Shown: positions 49,048-58,548 of the stretch, one piece after another
Position numbering within the stretch: position 1 is the first letter of the stretch
How the letters are laid out: each line of letters opens with the position of its first letter
Source: a virus
Taxonomy: Duplodnaviria > Caudoviricetes
DNA: 64,000 nt
IMG/VR virus record: IMGVR_UViG_3300013383_000020
Location: 1-64,000 of that record
Reading direction: 5' to 3' (one strand)
The notes under the pieces: generated by a model
Database searches by the model: none
Seen by the model: the letters and a program-made list of their open reading frames with translations, nothing else
Told to the model about the DNA's origin: nothing
Position numbers and translations under genes: made by a program

Positions 49048-49125
49048 AAAGGTAATCCAAAATCGAAAGAGATTGGATAGAGGTTGGGGGTTTACAGCCA
49101 GTTACTTATGGTAGCAAATGGAAAA
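49048..49125 (+). ncRNA. Repeated small structured RNA motif, copy 2
   Basis: Directly after TATAAT (49039); TCCAA/TTGGA and GGTTG/CAGCC stems. Confidence 0.6.
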
Positions 49126-49227
49126 TAATTTCCAATGAATCCAAGTTTTCTTATTAAAGCAGAGAAAATATAGAAATAAGTATTAGAAGCAGAAATCAAC
49201 TGCTTCTTTTTTATTACAGAAAATGAG

Positions 49228-49527
49228 GTGATGAATATGTGCAGATATAAAAATGGAAATCCAAAAAGAACTTCTCAGTTTTTGTGCTTACATTGTATGA
49301 AAATAAACCAATTATCAGGAATACAGAGAGGAGGACACCAAAGGGAGAAATATCATATAAAAGATCTTTTATGTATTAATAAGGAATGCAAGAATCTTCC
49401 TTATACAAAAAATTTAGAGATCAGATGGTGTGATACATACGAAGAAGTGTATGAAAAGGCAATACAAATAAGAAGGCATTATTATTCAGACAAAATAGAG
49501 AATAATACAAATAGAAAGGTGTGTTGA
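49228..49527 (+). CDS. Zinc-ribbon hypothetical protein
   Basis: F.CLHC..QRE..HIKDL.C...C. Confidence 0.65.
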   Translation: MMNMCRYKNGNPKRTSQFLCLHCMKINQLSGIQRGGHQREKYHIKDLLCINKECKNLPYTKNLEIRWCDTYEEVYEKAIQIRRHYYSDKIENNTNRKVC

Positions 49528-49805
49528 TAGATATGGAATATGAAATAACTAATATTGGAAGCTCAGAAATTAAAGATATTCACCATATTGGAATTAATTA
49601 TGATGGCAACTATTACAGTGTAATTTTTGGCAAATATATTAATGGTGGATTCTTTAGTATTCCAAACTGGAATTGTGGTGGTGAACTGGCGAACTTTAGC
49701 GATGTGTTTTGGAATACCGAATCTATTTATAGAGCGTTAAAGAGAAAGAAAACAGCAAGAGTAATAGCACAAGCTATAGCTGACTATATGAAGGAGTGTG
49801 ATTGA
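49521..49805 (+). CDS. Hypothetical protein
   Basis: Y.VIFG.YINGGF.SIPNW motif. Confidence 0.65.
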   Translation: MLIDMEYEITNIGSSEIKDIHHIGINYDGNYYSVIFGKYINGGFFSIPNWNCGGELANFSDVFWNTESIYRALKRKKTARVIAQAIADYMKECD

Positions 49806-49806
49806 T

Positions 49807-50838
49807 ATGGCACAGACAAGAGACTACGCAACAAAGAAAAAGGGTAAAACTAAGGGTTATCCATTTTGGAATATGGAAGATATTAAGGGAATGATTGATT
49901 ATTTTCGGAACAATCAATTATGGAATGATTATTTGAAATTTATGTTGTTATTTTTATTTGGGAGAAGAGTAGGAGACACATTAGATATGGTGTGGTCTGA
50001 TATTTTTTATCCAAATGGAACAATAAAGGATGAGATTAGAACAATTGAGGAACAAAAGACTGGGAAATACAATATCATATATATTTCACCATATGCAAAG
50101 CAGGTTATTAAAGAATATCTACAGATAACAGGCATCAATCCATTATATGATTTAAATGACTATATTTTTCCATATGAGTTGAAGTATGAATGGAGAAAAA
50201 TGGAGAACGATGATTTTTTTCATGAAACAGAATCTACAAATTATTCTGATAATGAAGCATTAGAAATGATTAACAGGTTTGTAGAGTTATACAACAAAGA
50301 TTATAGCGAAGATAGAATTAAAAAGATTTTAAATGAGTGGAGAAAGCATCAAAAAGAATTTAAAACTTTAGGAGAATATATATATAAAGAAGTAATTTTT
50401 AAAGATATTTCAAAATGGCAAATTGGAGCATTTGATAAAATTTTTAAAAAAGCAGTGGAATTTAACAAAATTCAATACAAGGTGACGATTCACAGTATAA
50501 GGCGTTCCTTTGGATATTATAGTAAAGTAATTCATCCACATGATATGTTATGTTTGGAAACTTTACAGAATATTTTTGGACACAGTGACACACAAACAAC
50601 TATGCATTATATTGGTTTATCTGAAGAAAGAGAAAGAATGTATTATACCGATATTGGAGATTTTTTAAATGGTGTATCAAATGGGAATTATGATCTAAAG
50701 AAGAATAGCCCCGTAATAACAATAAAAGAACAAGACTTAAGAAAGATTTTATTAAAAGCCATTAAACTAAACTCTAATGATGCAGCGATATCTTTAAATC
50801 AAATATTAGACGAAATTGATGAGGTGAAATTAGAATGA
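49807..50838 (+). CDS. Tyrosine recombinase/integrase
   Basis: GRRVGD, EQKTGK, HSIRRSFG, FGHS....T..YIG: complete R-K-H-R-H-Y set. Confidence 0.92.
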   Translation: MAQTRDYATKKKGKTKGYPFWNMEDIKGMIDYFRNNQLWNDYLKFMLLFLFGRRVGDTLDMVWSDIFYPNGTIKDEIRTIEEQKTGKYNIIYISPYAKQVIKEYLQITGINPLYDLNDYIFPYELKYEWRKMENDDFFHETESTNYSDNEALEMINRFVELYNKDYSEDRIKKILNEWRKHQKEFKTLGEYIYKEVIFKDISKWQIGAFDKIFKKAVEFNKIQYKVTIHSIRRSFGYYSKVIHPHDMLCLETLQNIFGHSDTQTTMHYIGLSEERERMYYTDIGDFLNGVSNGNYDLKKNSPVITIKEQDLRKILLKAIKLNSNDAAISLNQILDEIDEVKLE

Positions 50839-50870
50839 AACAAATGAGATGAGAGTAATATAAATATGTA

Positions 50871-50900
50871 AGGACGACACAGATTATTTCGTGTCGTCCT
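50871..50900. terminator. Hairpin between convergent integrase and XRE genes
   Basis: AGGACGACAC-N10-GTGTCGTCCT. Confidence 0.65.
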
Positions 50901-51096
50901 TGGTATCAAAAATGAGTATATCATTAGGGGTGCAATTTAAAACATGACATAGACTTTCTAGGGTGTCAAAATAAATTCGTTCAACATTGCCCGTATATAA
51001 ATTACAAGCTGCTTGATAACCGATTTTTAATTCCTTCGACAATTGATTTCGATTCATACCTTTTGAATCAACCAAAGGTTTGATATTTAATTTCAT
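50884..51096 (-). CDS. XRE/Cro-C1 HTH transcriptional regulator
   Basis: NQLSKELKI.Y......Y.G....I.FDTLE.LC.VL.CTPNDIL. Confidence 0.88.
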   Translation of the reverse strand: MKLNIKPLVDSKGMNRNQLSKELKIGYQAACNLYTGNVERIYFDTLESLCHVLNCTPNDILIFDTKDDTK

Positions 51097-51258
51097 GCGT
51101 ATACCTCCTTAACAATATGTAGTTTAGCATATAATCTTAACAAAATAAATATGTTTTCAACATTATATGCTTGACAATATAATGTTAATAGTGTATAGTA
51201 TGAAATATCAAAGGTAATCCACGAGTACATAAATACAAAAGAGAGGAGGAACGTACAT

Positions 51259-51642
51259 ATGGATTTACAGAGATACGATGTTATAAAAGCAAAAATCAAA
51301 TATCAAGGCGAAGGATCAGTCCAGACTAAAGAACGTCCATATGTTATTGTGTCAAATCCGATAGGAATTAAACATGCAACTATAATCACAGTGATGCCTT
51401 TGACTTCTAAAATAAAGAAAATGAATATGCCTGTTCATGGTTGCATTAATGCAGACGATGATAATGGTTTAACAGAGTATTCTATGGTGCTCGGAGAACA
51501 AATTATAACAATATCCAAGGACGAAGTTATTGAAAGACTTGGAAATGTTACTGATCGCAATGAACGAAAACTTATAGATAAGGTTTGTTTCAATGGTTTG
51601 TTTTTTGGAACTGAATATAGATTAGAGGGGGCGAGAGTGTAA
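51259..51642 (+). CDS. PemK/MazF-family protein
   Basis: GSVQ..ERP.VIVSN..G......ITV.PLTSK.KK...P.H, EQI.TISK. Confidence 0.88.
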   Translation: MDLQRYDVIKAKIKYQGEGSVQTKERPYVIVSNPIGIKHATIITVMPLTSKIKKMNMPVHGCINADDDNGLTEYSMVLGEQIITISKDEVIERLGNVTDRNERKLIDKVCFNGLFFGTEYRLEGARV

Positions 51643-51896
51643 TGTATGTGAGTAAAGAAAAGGCGAAACAAATAATTGATGAAACTCCTGGTATGATATG
51701 GGTTGATTCTTTTAATGGAATAACTTTTATTCATACAAGACCAAGACAAATAACTGTTGATGAGGGAAAGAGAATAATTAATAAGGCAAGCACAGTTGAT
51801 TATTTCGATAATGATTTTTTTGGCTTGCTTTCATTAGAGGGAGTACAGGAATATATGATTCATAACATAAAGTTCCCTCACCATATGTCCGAATAA
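51642..51896 (+). CDS. Hypothetical protein
   Basis: Coupled TAATG to the mazF-like gene. Confidence 0.6.
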   Translation: MYVSKEKAKQIIDETPGMIWVDSFNGITFIHTRPRQITVDEGKRIINKASTVDYFDNDFFGLLSLEGVQEYMIHNIKFPHHMSE

Positions 51897-51937
51897 TTGG
51901 ACATATCGTGAGGTATAATAAAAGAAACTAGCAAAAC

Positions 51938-51992
51938 AGAACGGGTGTTCGGTGTTTCTGTTGACAAATACAACCATATGTTCTATTATAAT
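51938..51992 (+). promoter_or_regulatory. SOS box plus sigmaA promoter upstream of tRNA cluster
   Basis: AGAACGGGTGTTCG (51938); TTGACA-17-TATTAT (51961). Confidence 0.65.
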
Positions 51993-52208
51993 TATTGTCA
52001 GCAACAAAATAGAGCCAAGCGATTCAAACGCTGCGCCAACAGCTTTCTACTTGACTCTACTAAAACCAAACAATACAACGAATAATCGTTGTAAAGAAGC
52101 AGAAAATCCGCTTGGTACTATTTTACATAGATTTTCTTTAAAAGTCAAGTTTCTGAGCATTTCTGCTATTAAGTCCATTTTTGCAATTAAATATGGAGAA
52201 TAAAGTAT

Positions 52209-52280
52209 TGGGCATTTGCCAAGTGGTAAGGCGCTGAATTTTGATTTCAGTATTCGTAGGTTCGAATCCTACATGCTCAG
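52209..52280 (+). tRNA. tRNA-Gln(TTG)
   Basis: Acceptor TGGGCAT/ATGCTCA, anticodon arm CTGAA-TTTTGAT-TTCAG. Confidence 0.88.
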
Positions 52281-52548
52281 TTTGTTTTGGCAAAACTTCA
52301 TAAGGTGGAATCTTATGAATGAGCAATAAGGAGATGTAAAACAACTTTTATGAATATTCCCATCGCCTTATTTCATTGATAATTGCGCGCAAATCAATGA
52401 CAGAACATAATTTGTGATAGGTATCTTTAGCATAAGACTTAAAAGCGGAGTGTAACAGCACACAAATAAACAAAACAGGGAGTCGCGCCATCACATTTTT
52501 TACATTTTACATTTTACTTTTACGTCTTCGAGGCTTACTCGGAGACCC

Positions 52549-52622
52549 GGATCATTAGTTCAGTTGGTTAGAACGCTCGGCTCATAACCGAGAAGTCACA
52601 GGTTCGAGTCCTGTATGATCCA
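52549..52622 (+). tRNA. tRNA with CAT anticodon (probably Ile2, else elongator Met)
   Basis: Acceptor GGATCAT/ATGATCC, anticodon arm CTCGG-CTCATAA-CCGAG. Confidence 0.88.
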
Positions 52623-53262
52623 TTACAAAACAATAAGGAAGGAGATGTTTTTATTGGCAGAGTATGTCATAACAGACGGAACTCGTTGGATTATGAGAGA
52701 TCGGAACAAGAAATATGTTCCAACTTCTTGTGAAGCATTAGCTGATAAGTTTTCAAATAAATCAGCAAATAGTGTTTACAACAATCAATTACCAAAGGCA
52801 TTGAAATCGGTCTTTCATATCGAGAAAGTAGATGACACACCAGATGGTATAAAGCAGATCACACAGAAGGGAGTGGAAGAGAATACAGAAAAAGTTATGA
52901 TTTCTGAGAATATTCAGAAATGGCTTAATAAAATTTCTGATCTGAATGGATTGGTAGCAGATGCCCTACATAGAAAGAGTGAGCTTACAAATCAGCTTAG
53001 TTCGGTGGACAAAGAGATATGCGATATCTTGCATTATATTGAGTTCTGCAATTTAAATGCAGCACAAGGATATAAAGCGTACAAAATGTTAAAGGAGAGG
53101 AGAATAAAAAGAAGAAGCATTAAAAATGAATTACAGGTTTTGGACATTATCTTAAGCAAAAAGATTTCCGAAACGGTGACAGATGAGATCCAAAAAGCTA
53201 TTGCTGGAATGGATCGACGTACATATGAACCACGAGTTTTGAATGAGTTATTCGATTTTTAA
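52615..53262 (+). CDS. Conserved phage coiled-coil protein
   Basis: DILHYIEF..LNAAQGYKAY...RR.IKNE, Y.PR.L.ELF; true start probably 52645 or 52654. Confidence 0.7.
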   Translation: MIHYKTIRKEMFLLAEYVITDGTRWIMRDRNKKYVPTSCEALADKFSNKSANSVYNNQLPKALKSVFHIEKVDDTPDGIKQITQKGVEENTEKVMISENIQKWLNKISDLNGLVADALHRKSELTNQLSSVDKEICDILHYIEFCNLNAAQGYKAYKMLKERRIKRRSIKNELQVLDIILSKKISETVTDEIQKAIAGMDRRTYEPRVLNELFDF

Positions 53263-53278
53263 TGGAGGTATTTGAATT

Positions 53279-53455
53279 ATGGTGTTATGCAATAATTGTC
53301 GTATTGTTATGATTCCTATAATGTCATTTTCACAAGATGGAAATAAGAAATATTGTAGATGTCCTCGTTGTTATGCTGAGACAAAGAAGCAGCGTTTGGA
53401 TAAGAATGAATTATCTTTCGGAGAATATTTACATAAGGCAGTTAAACGCAAATAA
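53279..53455 (+). CDS. Small zinc-ribbon protein
   Basis: GGAGGT RBS; CNNC...CPRC. Confidence 0.6.
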   Translation: MVLCNNCRIVMIPIMSFSQDGNKKYCRCPRCYAETKKQRLDKNELSFGEYLHKAVKRK

Positions 53456-53476
53456 AAGATGAGGCAGGTGTATTGA

Positions 53477-55675
53477 ATGAAAAAAGAGATATTACGTGAA
53501 AAATTGCAAAATCTTTCATCTGAGCAATTAGGATTGATCAATACATATTGTGAAAACGATATGTCAAAGTTAAAAAAGATCAGTTATAACGCATTTTTTA
53601 GGTACGGCATTCCATCATATGAACATGATGAACTGTACGATGATGCGATGAACGTTTTGATGGAGAGTGTCGTGACATTTGATTCATCTCAAGGTGCAAA
53701 TTTTAATACCTATCTGACTAACAATATTAAAAAGTCAACTATAGATTGGTATAGGGACAATTATCAACGAGGTAAAAGAAGAAATTTATTAACTGATAAA
53801 AAGGGAAGAATATTAAAATTTGATGATGACGGAAATATAACAGATGAAAAAAATGGAAAACCAGTTATTATTCCAAATAGCTCATTTGATGCACCTGCTG
53901 ACGATGATAATAGTTTGGCTGACAAACTTGCGTCAGATTTTGACATTGAACACGAAAGTGAATTTGATTTTGAAATAGATCAAAAAGTGGAAGACTTTTT
54001 GAATACATTACCTAAAGTACAAAAAAATATTTTACTTTTATTAATGCAGCATGAAAGTAAAACAGATATTAAACGGCAGTTAGGTATCTCTGATAGAGAA
54101 TATAATAGTGCGATTAAGTCAATTAATATGAATAAAGGACTTTCCGCATTCTCAAAGAACAAAAATGATGGAAATTATGAAGTGGAGGTAAAGGATATGG
54201 CAGACAGAATTATTGAAATTGGTGAATCAGAAAACTACAGAATGGACAAGTATAGCATGTATGCATTATTACAGGATAAGAAAAACGGAGATATGAACTG
54301 TAATTACATTTTGCAGCGTGAACCTTTTCAGTGGAGCACAGAAGAGGCTAATAGATATTTTTGCCGTATTCTTAGTAATCTTCCAATTCCTGAGATTATC
54401 ATTTGTGAGCAGAAGAAGAAAGGATTGACAATTTCTCATTTGATTGATGGATTACAAAGACTTTCCTATGCTGAAGCTTTCAAAGAAAATCGTATCAAAA
54501 TTGGTTCAGCAGGAGCAGAAAGACATTTAATCCAGTATAGAGATTATGTTTTAGACGAAAATGGTAATCGTATATTGGATGAAGACGGACTTCCTGAATA
54601 TGAAATGAAAGTGTTCGATGTGATTGGAAAGTATTATAAGGATTTACCAGATGAACTGAAAAAGAGATTCAATAATTTTAATATTAATGTAACCAAGTTC
54701 TTTGATTGTACAGACGAACAGATTGCAGATCATATTCGTGATTATAATAATCACGCAAGTATGAATAAGGAACAGAGTGGCTTGCTTAATGTATCTGCTG
54801 ACATTGCCGTACAGATTAAGAAGATTTCACAGAAAAATTCTTTCTTCAAGAATTGTGGTAAGTTTACAGGTAATAATTCAATCAAGGGAAAATGTGAAAG
54901 AGTTGTTGTTGAATCACTTATGTTGTTGTTTTTCCGTGAATCATGGAGAGCAAACCTGGATTCAATTTATAAGTTTGTTAATGAGAATGCATCAGAACAG
55001 CAGTTTATGAAGCTTAATTCACAGTTCAACAGACTGGAATTAGCATTAGGCGATAATAATAAAAAATTATCAGAGGTATTATTTACTCCAACTACGATGC
55101 CAATGTGGATTACAGTGTTTGATAAATTTACTACATATAATATGGAAGATTCTCGTTTTGTTGACTTTTTAAATGCTTACAATACAGAACTCAAGGATAA
55201 AGATATCAATGGTGTATCAATGGCAGACTTTAAAGATCAGCAAACAAAGAAAAAGACAACTATTACAGGTAAGATTGATTTACTTGTACAACTTATGAAC
55301 GAATTTTTACATATCGAACAGACAACGGAGAATAAGGAAGTAGAAGATAGCACCACAGTAGCTTCTGAAAAGGATTTCGTACATAGTGTAATTGAGGCAG
55401 ATATCACAGACGAAGATATGGAGGATTATAAGGATTATATTGAAGATACAGTAAGAATGTCGTCACCATTATATCATCAGGCATATCCAGCTTTGTTAGC
55501 AATGGCTGCATATGTGTATAGCTGTGATAAAGATGATGAATTTAATCAGTTTATTGATGGATATGCTAATAATACATATGAGTTTACAACAGATCAGAAT
55601 GTTAATTACAATCAGATGAAACATGCCTTTCAGGAGTGGCTCGACAAAAATAAATCAAAGGAGGTAGCTGCATAA
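53477..55675 (+). CDS. Sigma70-like domain fused to DUF262 (ParB-like/GmrSD-N) domain
   Basis: Region-2-like L.ESV.TFD...GANF.TYL...IK and an HTH at N-terminus; LQR..FQW, LPIP.I, LIDGLQRL downstream. Confidence 0.75.
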   Translation: MKKEILREKLQNLSSEQLGLINTYCENDMSKLKKISYNAFFRYGIPSYEHDELYDDAMNVLMESVVTFDSSQGANFNTYLTNNIKKSTIDWYRDNYQRGKRRNLLTDKKGRILKFDDDGNITDEKNGKPVIIPNSSFDAPADDDNSLADKLASDFDIEHESEFDFEIDQKVEDFLNTLPKVQKNILLLLMQHESKTDIKRQLGISDREYNSAIKSINMNKGLSAFSKNKNDGNYEVEVKDMADRIIEIGESENYRMDKYSMYALLQDKKNGDMNCNYILQREPFQWSTEEANRYFCRILSNLPIPEIIICEQKKKGLTISHLIDGLQRLSYAEAFKENRIKIGSAGAERHLIQYRDYVLDENGNRILDEDGLPEYEMKVFDVIGKYYKDLPDELKKRFNNFNINVTKFFDCTDEQIADHIRDYNNHASMNKEQSGLLNVSADIAVQIKKISQKNSFFKNCGKFTGNNSIKGKCERVVVESLMLLFFRESWRANLDSIYKFVNENASEQQFMKLNSQFNRLELALGDNNKKLSEVLFTPTTMPMWITVFDKFTTYNMEDSRFVDFLNAYNTELKDKDINGVSMADFKDQQTKKKTTITGKIDLLVQLMNEFLHIEQTTENKEVEDSTTVASEKDFVHSVIEADITDEDMEDYKDYIEDTVRMSSPLYHQAYPALLAMAAYVYSCDKDDEFNQFIDGYANNTYEFTTDQNVNYNQMKHAFQEWLDKNKSKEVAA

Positions 55676-55877
55676 TGCCGGATATCAGCATGTGCTTTGG
55701 CAAGGATTGTGACAGAAGGGAGCATTGTTATCGATACAAGGCGAAACCCAATCAGGTTCAAACATATAGTGATTTGGAACAGGATTGTAAGATGCACCAT
55801 TATCGTAACCAATGATTGAAGAAAATCGAGTCCATGTAGATAATATAAGTAATATGTTGGCGAGGTGTTGAACATAG

Positions 55878-56072
55878 ATGACAAGATTAATTCCATATCA
55901 AGGTTATGTTGTTCCACAGGAATTCGTCATGACATGTAATAAGTGTTACGAACGTAATATATATCTAGTTCAAGATACAATTATGGATACAGAAACAAGC
56001 AAAAGATATATAAAATGTAACAATTGCAATTCTAAGATATATGTAAATTTACGAAGTATATGTATTTGTTAA
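55878..56072 (+). CDS. Small zinc-ribbon protein
   Basis: CNKC...CNNC, GAGGTG RBS. Confidence 0.55.
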   Translation: MTRLIPYQGYVVPQEFVMTCNKCYERNIYLVQDTIMDTETSKRYIKCNNCNSKIYVNLRSICIC

Positions 56073-56538
56073 TAAAAATAACAGGAATTATATTTCGTGA
56101 AATTATCTATCTTCTATACATAGTCAGTTCTGACATTCTAATATCTTGTATCTTATAACTCGATATATAATTCCTGATTATATAGATAGCGTATAAATGA
56201 AAGGCGGTGAGAATATGGGTATTGGATGTAGACCAATTGGTAAGTTTAAAAGTGAGATGGTCAAGATCGAAAATCAGATTTCCAAGGAAAAGGCAGCACA
56301 TGTTGTAAAGAAGAACAATAAGAATAAGAAGGGAGAATAATATTTATGGAGAAGAAAACAGTTACATATCAGTTGCACACAAGAAAGTTGGATCGTGAGG
56401 TCGCACATAACAAGATGAAGAAGGCTGGTGTGATTCAGCTAAATAAGGACAAAGGAAAGGGTAGTTTCTTCGCTAATCATTGGCGTGAGTATGTGTAAGA
56501 ATTGTGATGAACTTATTGTATTGTAAGTTCATCTGTAA

Positions 56539-56610
56539 TGGGCTATCGCCAAGCGGTAAGGCACAGGACTTTGACTCCTGCATTCGTTGGTTCGAATCCA
56601 ACTAGCCCAG
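56539..56610 (+). tRNA. tRNA-Gln(TTG)
   Basis: Canonical TGGGCTA/TAGCCCA acceptor, loop CTTTGAC. Confidence 0.95.
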
Positions 56611-56614
56611 TTAT

Positions 56615-56687
56615 GTGCCATTAGCTCAGTTGGTAGAGCACTCGACTTTTAATCGAGTTGTCACGAGTTCGAGTCTCGTATGGCACA
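56615..56687 (+). tRNA. tRNA-Lys(TTT)
   Basis: Acceptor GTGCCAT/ATGGCAC, loop CTTTTAA. Confidence 0.93.
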
Positions 56688-56715
56688 TTAAAAAATTAAA
56701 AAGGAGTATAAAGCT

Positions 56716-57093
56716 ATGAGAACAATAGACAACAAATTTGAAATTGGAGAAGAATGTTATACCTATGCAAGAGAGAATTTAGCCATTATTTGTCCTGTAT
56801 GTAAAGGAACTAAGAAGATTCTCTACAACAGATACGAAATTCCATGCAAACAGTGTAATGTATCTGGAAAGATTATAGGTAAACAGACTGTAGTTGCACC
56901 ACATAAGGTTAAGATTAGAAGAATTATTGCTAGTATTTGGAACGATGTGACGACAATTAAATACAAAGTTGATTCTGTTGGAGAATATATCAATGTGAGA
57001 AACAGAGGAGAAACTTCTTTATTTAAGACATTAGAAGAGTGTGAACAAAAATGTAAAGAAATTAATCAGGGCGAGAGTAGTGCTGCATTTTAG
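56716..57093 (+). CDS. Hypothetical protein with DnaJ-like CxxCxG motifs
   Basis: CPVCKG..CKQC..SG. Confidence 0.7.
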   Translation: MRTIDNKFEIGEECYTYARENLAIICPVCKGTKKILYNRYEIPCKQCNVSGKIIGKQTVVAPHKVKIRRIIASIWNDVTTIKYKVDSVGEYINVRNRGETSLFKTLEECEQKCKEINQGESSAAF

Positions 57094-57131
57094 TAGGAAA
57101 ATTCTCTTTCTTTAGATTGTGAGGTGAAAAT

Positions 57132-57407
57132 ATGACACAAGAAGAATTAGTAAATAGATTGAGAAAAGTTGGTATAAACGGACAATGGGTTAATCCAGAC
57201 AAATATGGTTTCAGTAGAACTTATGAGTTTGTAATAAATGAGCAAATCATTCAAATTGAATGGTACACTAATTATTCTACTATTATGATTGGCAATGCAC
57301 ATTTTTGGTTCGATAGTATAGTATTACATAGTGGTTATCCTATGCAGGGAGAATGGATTGAATTTTCTTTTAGAGGGGAACATCCATTACATATAAAAGT
57401 TAAGTAA
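57132..57407 (+). CDS. Hypothetical protein (flanked by boundary palindromes)
   Basis: GAGGTG RBS, 91 aa. Confidence 0.65.
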   Translation: MTQEELVNRLRKVGINGQWVNPDKYGFSRTYEFVINEQIIQIEWYTNYSTIMIGNAHFWFDSIVLHSGYPMQGEWIEFSFRGEHPLHIKVK

Positions 57408-57448
57408 CAAGAATGTTCGATTTCTTGGGAAAATGAAAGGAGAAAATT

Positions 57449-58216
57449 ATGAGACACGCAAACGATGCGGAAGTAATGAAAATTGATGACAAGTTGGTTG
57501 GGTTCGATTTAGGTGCAGATTACTGTGCAGAACACGAATGGGGAATTAATGGTATCATAAGAGAATTCCAAGTGAACACAGATAAAATTGGAATTGAAAA
57601 AAGAATGGTTACAGTTGTCCCTAAGTTATTGATATATAAGGATATTACATACAGAAAGATGAAATGTCATCTACTTGCTTTAGTACCATGTTGGTATTTT
57701 GATGAAGATATTAAAATTACGAAAGATAACTTAGATAGTTGGGAGCTTTATGATTATTATCTCGAAAAAAATGGAATTACAACTGCGTGGGATGAAAAAA
57801 GTTTTGCCATTCTTGTAACTGACAAATACGAAAATGAATTAAAAGAATTGTATAATGCATTCTTAAATCTCGATGTTGCTGTTGGAATTGCACCATCAGA
57901 AGTATTCAAGAATGGTGGATTAAAATTCTATATCAAATCAAGACTTCCAAAAGAAACAATTGAAAAAATAAAAGCCGATGACTTAGACTATATTGCATTA
58001 CAGAAAGCAGCAGAGAAAACCAAAATTAAGAAAATTTTAGAGAAAGCTGGGAAGAAATATTTTGCACTATCTCCTCGTTGGAAAGACGAAAATAAAAAAG
58101 AAGTAATCTTTTGGCTAAATCCTTATTATCAGGCTATTGATAATTGTGGTTGGTTTACAGTTGATGATTTGAAAGACTGGGCAAAAGGCAAGGGTAAAAT
58201 ACCGATGAAAAAGTAG
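57449..58216 (+). CDS. Conserved phage hypothetical protein
   Basis: LGADYCAEHEWGI and FWLNP....N.GWFTV. Confidence 0.7.
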   Translation: MRHANDAEVMKIDDKLVGFDLGADYCAEHEWGINGIIREFQVNTDKIGIEKRMVTVVPKLLIYKDITYRKMKCHLLALVPCWYFDEDIKITKDNLDSWELYDYYLEKNGITTAWDEKSFAILVTDKYENELKELYNAFLNLDVAVGIAPSEVFKNGGLKFYIKSRLPKETIEKIKADDLDYIALQKAAEKTKIKKILEKAGKKYFALSPRWKDENKKEVIFWLNPYYQAIDNCGWFTVDDLKDWAKGKGKIPMKK

Positions 58217-58287
58217 CAAGATTATGATATCACATTAAAGAAAGATGAGCTGCTGTTTTTGGACATGATAACGAATGGAGAATAACT

Positions 58288-58539
58288 ATGTATAAAACAG
58301 GAGATATTTACAGAATTATTCAAGATGCATTAGATGCAAATCAGATATATTGCGCAGATTCTAAACTTGGTGATGGATCTGAAGACACTTATGAGACAGA
58401 TACGGAATTTGTTTCTGGCAATGATGCTCATTTGATTGCAACCGTTCATCACCAACATTTTGATTATAACCGTCCTTGTCGAGAAAATGAATATATAGAA
58501 ACAACAAAATTTAGAATTAAAGTTGAAATGATAGAGTGA
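58288..58539 (+). CDS. Hypothetical protein
   Basis: GGAG RBS, 83 aa. Confidence 0.6.
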   Translation: MYKTGDIYRIIQDALDANQIYCADSKLGDGSEDTYETDTEFVSGNDAHLIATVHHQHFDYNRPCRENEYIETTKFRIKVEMIE

Positions 58540-58548
58540 GGTGAAACT

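Noticed and set aside
51952-52344. ORFs 51952-52203 (+) and 52138-52344 (-)
   Set aside because: Overlap a promoter, a counter-promoter and tRNA-Gln; no RBS.
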